A DNA stretch of 64,000 bases from the NCBI RefSeq assembly GCF_006345805.1, contig NC_043021.1, positions 2,728,001 to 2,792,000 of the forward strand, read 5' to 3'. The notes beneath the pieces were generated by a model, which had not been told where the DNA came from, made no database searches, and worked only from the letters and a program-made list of their open reading frames with translations. Source of the stretch: Octopus sinensis. Lineage: Eukaryota. Position 1 is the stretch's first letter; every line of letters starts with the position of its first letter. Shown here one piece after another: positions 58,601 through 64,000 of this stretch. A program made the position numbers and the translations under genes.

Positions 58601-61536
58601 GCTTGTGTGTGTGTATGGAGGGGAGAAAATCAGGTGTAGTGTTGGCGAATCTCAGAAAGCATGGAAGTTTTGAAGGATGCAGTGCTCCGACAACTAACAA
58701 CTGATGCCGGCAGTTTGTTCAATGCTTCAGCAACTCTCAGTGTGAAAAAATGTTTCCGAAAGTCATGGGACCTGTGCTGTTTTCTGACTTTGGAATCTCA
58801 AACTTACAAGATAATGCATAATTAATTCAAATCAATGTCAATGAACATTTATTACATTTGACGGAATAATCTGAATAGTAAAGGGCTAATGTCTGTTATG
58901 CCATGCTTGGACAGGTGGGCAGCAAGGTTTTCTCCAAGACAAAAGCCAAAATTACAAGCTCAAAACGACCTTCGAACTTTAGGTCTCACCAAGGAAATGA
59001 CTAGAGACCGAGACCTATGGAAGTATGCTGTGCGTGAGAAGACCCAGCAGGACAAGTGAGACCATAACCCATGGCCTCTACCTGGGATGTAGCCAGTCGA
59101 CTTATGCATACCTTTCCTTCTTGGGACACAAAACTCCACTTGTGAAGACCTGTTGAGGCAAGTGGAAATCAGAACCAAAATCGAAGTCGATCAACATCAA
59201 TGGAAATTGCAGCTGTGATACCAGTGCCGGTGGCACGTAAGCGAACCATCCAATCGTGGCCGTTGCCAGCCTCGCCTGACCCCCGTGCCGGTGGCACGTA
59301 AAAAGCATCATCCGACCGTGGCTGTTTGCCAGCCCCGTCTGGCACCTGTGCTGGTGGCACATAAAAAGCACCCACTACACTCACGGAGTAGTTGATGTTA
59401 GGAAGGGCATCCAGCCGTAGAAACATTGCCAGATCAGACTGGGCCTGGTGCAGCCTTCTGGCTTCCCAGACCCCGGTCGAACCATCCAACCCATGCTAGC
59501 ATGGAAAGCGGACGCTAAATGATGATGATGATGGAAATAATAGTAACAAACCTTTCTGTAAGGGTCGTTTGAAGATGGATTTCACTGTGTGACTTCGTTT
59601 GTTTGTCTGTTGGGTTTTTTTCTCTTCAAACTTCGAGAAAGATGGTGGAGAGTCACCAAGTCCAGCCAGTCTGAAAGAAATAACAAAAGACATAGAAATC
59701 AAAATTCTGTAGAAAAGAACAAAAAACAGCAGTTTTAAATATTTCATCATCATTGTTTTAATGTCGACTTTTTTTATGCTGTGATGGGTCGGATAGAATT
59801 CGATGAGTGAAGTTTTCCATTGTTGCTAATCCTCACCTGTTTCCGAATAAGGTAATATTTCTCTGTGACCAGACATGTTTTTATGGAACATTGGAAACAA
59901 AGAACACAACTTGTATAACAACAACTACCATGGGATGTCAAGGCAAGGAGCCACACACACAACAGGCTTCTTTCAGTTTCTACATATCAAATCCACTCAG
60001 AGGGCTTTTGTTGATCGGAGGCTTTAGCATAAAACACTTGCCCAAGGTGTCACACTGTGGAATTGAACCCACAACCACATCATTGAGGAGCAAACTTCTT
60101 AACCACTCAGCTAAGCATAGTTTTCATTAAGCAAAATGGCTAGCATTAATGAGGTTATCTTTATATCTAATTAATCCTTTTGTTACCACATTTGGCAACG
60201 AGTACAGTGAAGAATTCCGGGTAGAGGTAGGGGTCCACCAAGGTTCAGTCCTCAGCCCCCTCCTATTTATCATAGTCCTCCAGGCAATAACGGAGGAATT
60301 CAAGACAGGATGCCCCTGGGAGCTCCTCTAAGCTGATGACCTTGCTCTAATTGCTGAGTCACTATCAGAACTAGAGGAGAAGTTTCAAGTGTGGAAACAA
60401 GGATTAGAATCGAAGGGCCTTAGAGTCAACCTAGCTAAAACCAAAGTCCTAATAAGTAGGAATGCAGGCAAACCACAAATCCCTTAAGGTAGATGGCCCT
60501 GCTCGATCTGTAGAAGAGGCGTAGGTAGAAACTCTATAAGATGTACCCAGTGTCAGCTATGGACACATAAGAGGCGCAGCAATATCAAAGGAAGGCTGAC
60601 TGGGAGGATAGCTTTCGTATGTGGCAGATGCTCGGGAGCTATAAATAACACTGAAAATGTGCAGAGAACACATTCCGCCACATTCCAGGGAGAATGTGAA
60701 GTTGCTAAGTATCTTGCAAGACAAAGAAATGAGAGGAACAGGAAAAAGGAGGAAAATGTAAAAGAAAACATCTCCTCGACTAAATGGGGGAGTGTTACTA
60801 GGTCCACTTATGTTGGAAATTACTTTAACAATAAAGAATTCCACTTCAGCGTCCTAATAATCAAATGAACTGAAATATCTTATTCAACATAGGTGCAGGA
60901 GTGGCTGTGTGGTAAGTAGCTTGCTTACCAACCGCATGGTTCCGGGTTCAGTCCCACTGCGTGGCACCTTGGGCAAGTGTCTTCTGCTATAGCCTCGGGC
61001 CAACCAAAGCCTTGTGAGTGGATTTGGTAGACGGAAACTGGAAGAAGCCTGTCGTATATATGTATATATATATATATGGATGTGTGTGTTTGTGTGTCTG
61101 TGTTTGTCCTCCCAACATTGCTTGACAACCAATGCTGGTGTGTTTACGTCCCTGTCACTTAGCGGTTCGGCAAAAGAGAACCGATAGAATAAGTACTAGG
61201 CTTACAAAGAATAAGTCCTGGGGTCGATTTGCTCGACTAAAGGCGGTGCTCCAGCATGGCCGTAGTCAAATGACTGAAACAAGTAAAAGAGTAACAATAG
61301 AGGTTTAGGTTTCAAATCTGGAGTAAAATACTGAAGAATATGATTTACCGTTTTGCCTTCTGTAAAGCATCATGCTGCACTTGGGCTTGCTTTGCCTTTT
61401 GGTAGACTTCCCGGTAGCACTTTGAACAGAACCCTTGCCAGGCTGGGTTACCGTAGTAACCGCATCCATTCTTGCAAAGCAAGTCAGACTCATCAATGTG
61501 GAAGGTCTTCTTGCTGTTTTTCTTAGTCACACTCAT
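52632..61536 (-). CDS. RABGEF1: Rab5 GDP/GTP exchange factor Rabex-5, complete CDS (1611 nt, 536 aa). Coding exons: 61349-61536, 59552-59670, 57524-57784, 55823-56050, 54529-54785, 52632-53189
   Basis: A20-type zinc finger [21 protein letters not shown], helical bundle, VPS9 domain ([15 protein letters not shown]...[19 protein letters not shown]...[19 protein letters not shown]) and C-terminal coiled coil with LPPPL. GT-AG introns with phases 2,1,1,1,0. A splice acceptor (ttccag) 6 nt upstream of the ATG implies an unlocated non-coding first exon. Confidence 0.95.
53461..54000 (+). mobile_element. 5'-truncated RTE/RTE-X-type LINE 3' end (ORF2 C-terminus), antisense in RABGEF1 intron 5
   Basis: Translates to [15 protein letters not shown]...[25 protein letters not shown], then after a frameshift at ~53641 LDGTYTRLL...[11 protein letters not shown]...DREVWRSMV...EQ*. 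Followed by a GAT/GAC tail. Confidence 0.88.
56978..57493 (-). mobile_element. Non-autonomous Helitron (516 bp), same family
   Basis: Same TC...hairpin-CTAG termini and A|T target. Shares both end regions with 33249-33641. Confidence 0.8.
58508..58790 (-). mobile_element. CR1/L2-type LINE 3' fragment
   Basis: Minus strand reads [53 protein letters not shown]. Confidence 0.75.
58961..59532 (+). mobile_element. RTE-type LINE 3' end: ORF2 C-terminus plus ~470-nt 3'UTR (working family C) with (GAT)n tail
   Basis: 58961-59059 encodes [32 protein letters not shown], matching the RTE DL..LGL...DR..W terminal motif. It continues into the family-C repeat and ends AAATGATGATGATG. Confidence 0.8.
60192..60693 (+). 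mobile_element. Decayed RTE-type reverse transcriptase fragment followed by an in-frame PHD-like Cys/His finger
   Basis: [22 protein letters not shown]...[14 protein letters not shown]...[12 protein letters not shown] (YADD mutated to stop at 60329-60331), then [29 protein letters not shown]...FVCGRC. Confidence 0.88.
60889..61292 (+). mobile_element. SINE family B, full length
   Basis: Same head, body and AAGTAAAAGAG tail as 19665-20052. Ends about 55 nt from the RABGEF1 exon-1 donor. Confidence 0.88.
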
Positions 61537-61586
61537 GTTTTCCTGGAAGAATACAAGAAACCAATGACATCACTAGGATAGGCATC

Positions 61587-61587
<1 letters not shown>

Positions 61588-61633
<46 letters not shown>

Positions 61634-61833
61634 TCTTTCTACAATAGGCACAAGGCCTGAAATTTGGGGTGCTCAAATGGTACTTAATTTATCAACCCTG
61701 AAAGGATGAAAGGCAATGTTCAACCTCGGTGGAATTTGAACTCAGGACATAAAGACAGACAAAATGCTACTAAACATTTTGCCCAGCATGCCAAAGGTTC
61801 TGCCAGTTCACCACCTTCAATAATAATAATAAT

Positions 61834-61868
<35 letters not shown>
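61588..61868. repeat. (AAT)n tracts flanking a degenerate SINE A copy
   Basis: AAT arrays at 61588-61633 and 61819-61868. Confidence 0.9.
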
Positions 61869-61870
<2 letters not shown>

Positions 61871-62936
61871 CCCTGATGCAGTACCAGGCAGTGGCTCTCA
61901 TGGCTTCTGATCTTAACTGATTGGAAGTGTTATCATGTACATTTTGACACTACAGTAACTTATATTCATTGGGCATCCAGCTGTAGAGTCCTTACCAGAT
62001 CAGACTGGAGCCTGGTGCAGCCTTCTGGCTTCCAAGACCCCGGTCGAACCGTCCAACCCATGCTAGCATGGAAAATGGACGTTAAACGATGATGATGATC
62101 ATCATCATCATCCTCATTGTTTTTACATCCACTCAGGGATTTGATGAATTAGATTTTCTACAGCTGGATGCCCTTCATGTCACCAACCATTACTCGTTTC
62201 CGAGCAAGGTAACGTGTCGCCATGGCTGTACAAATTTACACAGAAGGTTGGAATCGGAGGACACTACCCTTGAGTGATGGTGACACTTGTTTACGACTTA
62301 TTATGCAATTTTCACGATATCGTATGATAGTCGTAAACAAATGTCACTGTCACACAAGCAGAGTCGTTTATATCCGATATTCTGCTAACCACAGATCTGG
62401 CCATGGAGAAATATCACCATGCTTGGAAACGAGAGGGTTGGCAACAGGAAAGGCATCCAAACATAGAAATCTGTCTCAAGAGATTTCATCTGACCCGAGC
62501 TAACATGGAGAAGTGGACATCATGGTGGTTATTTAATGCTTAAACCAGAGAGGAGAAAGTTGATGTGAAAGAGAACAAAAATCATTTGGTTATTGGTCAG
62601 GATTCTTTCACAGATAGAGGACAAACGCTTGACCAGACAGACTGACAGACATGCTGACAAACCACTTGGAATAATCTAAAACCAAAAGAAAAAAATAACA
62701 AACAAACAATACATTTGGATCCTTCCTCTATCCAAAATATATCTGGAAGGAAATGTAAAAGTTATCAAATTTCAAGAACCTTAAAATGAAAATACACATG
62801 ACATGGAATGTGAAAATAAAAACTGTGGCCATCTTTACAGGCGTGTCTGTGGTTATGGGTTCAATCTCACTGTATGGTACCTGGGGCAAGTGTCCTCTCT
62901 TTTAATGCTAGGCTGACCAATGCCTTGATGTATATA

Positions 62937-63781
62937 CAGGGTGAGGTGAATAAACCGTCGTCTAAATTATGCAAAAAATGAAAATAACACTGACATCCCA
63001 TTTTAACAGATATATTTACCAAAATTACATAAAAATATCTTGAAATACTTAAGAGAAAATTTATTCAATAAAATCGGCATTGGCTTCAACAACGGCCTCC
63101 AGATGACTTCAGAATCTCCTGCAACTCTTCTGGGTGGTCACCTTGTTAAGTTGGTGAATGCTGGCATAATCCTTGCCTTCAGTTCATCTTCAGTGTTACA
63201 AGGAGTTTCGTTGGTCTCTCATTCAACTGTGCCCCACAAATAATAATCAAGGGGCTTGCAGCCTGGGGAGTTAGGTGGCCAGATGTTAGGGGTGATGTGG
63301 TCACAGAAATTGTCCGACAGCCATGACTGGGTTCTCCTGCTTGTGTGGCATGGTGCAGAGTCCTGTTGCCAGACACAGGATCTTATAGCAGCCACCCTCT
63401 TGACCCAGGGCAGCACTACCTCCTCCAGGCACTTGATGTAGACCTCCATGTTGAGTCTGAGGCCATGTGGGAAGATGAATGGAGGCATAGCATTGCCAAC
63501 ACTAGTGATCACTCCAAACACCATGATGCTAACTGGATGTTTGATTTTTTATCACTCTTGATACATGTCTGCTGATTGACACCCAAACACTCTGGAAAGT
63601 TCATATTGGAGCTTCCGATGTGAATGCCAAGTAGTACAGCATGTCGTTTCCAAATTTCTGGCAGAGAAAATTGCGTCATGTTGCTGTTTTTCTCATAGAC
63701 GGTGCCCAACAGACCCTACTATACTGTGTAGTTGACAAAATCAAAAAGAAGCAATGGTGACAATTTACCCATCACACCCTG
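62937..63781 (-). mobile_element. Internally deleted Tc1/mariner transposon of the DD37D (maT) type
   Basis: Transposase fragment MVFGVITS...WQQDSAPCH...WPPNSPGCKPLDYYLWG has 37 residues between the last two Asp. Imperfect TIRs CAGGGTGAGGTGAATAAACCGTC / CAGGGTGTGATGGGTAAATTGTC, with TA on both sides. Confidence 0.85.
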
Positions 63782-64000
63782 TATATATATGTATGTGTAG
63801 CTTTGTGTTTGTCTCCACCTCTGCTTCATAACTGGTGTTGATCTGTTTATGTCCCTGTAACTTAACAGGTCAGCAAAAGAAACTGATAGAATATGTACAA
63901 GACTCTAAACAAACAAAAAAAAAAAACAAGTACTGGGATTGATTTGTTTGACTAAAACCGCTTCAAGGCAGTGCCCCAGCATGGCCAAGGTCCAATCACT

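Overview
AT-rich, microsatellite- and retroposon-dense animal genomic DNA, most likely from a coleoid cephalopod such as Octopus (inferred from the repeat families and gene orthologues; not verifiable here). Three spliced genes were reconstructed by hand, with GT-AG introns and consistent phases. NF2/merlin lies on the minus strand (6 coding exons; it runs off the left edge). RPA1 lies on the plus strand (complete, 18 coding exons, 604 aa) and is head-to-head with NF2, with 925 bp between start codons. RABGEF1/Rabex-5 lies on the minus strand (complete CDS, 6 coding exons, 536 aa) and converges on RPA1. Introns are filled with tRNA-derived SINEs, RTE and CR1 LINE fragments, piggyBac/hAT/Tc1/Merlin-type MITEs, a deleted DD37D transposon and two non-autonomous Helitrons, often nested. 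Four observations stand out. (1) A 566-bp TSD-flanked non-autonomous RTE-like element in RPA1 intron 10 starts with two tandem candidate HDV-like ribozymes, and its 5' boundary coincides with the predicted cleavage site. (2) A near-perfect 173-bp-arm hairpin sits in NF2 intron 1. (3) A SINE trimer has an 18-bp target-site duplication that copies the RPA1 exon-4 splice acceptor. (4) One SINE family shows an apparent GTA(T) target preference that matches an internal site and may explain its tandem multimers. Repeat boundaries are approximate unless TSD/TIR coordinates are given. Family labels A-K are my own working names.
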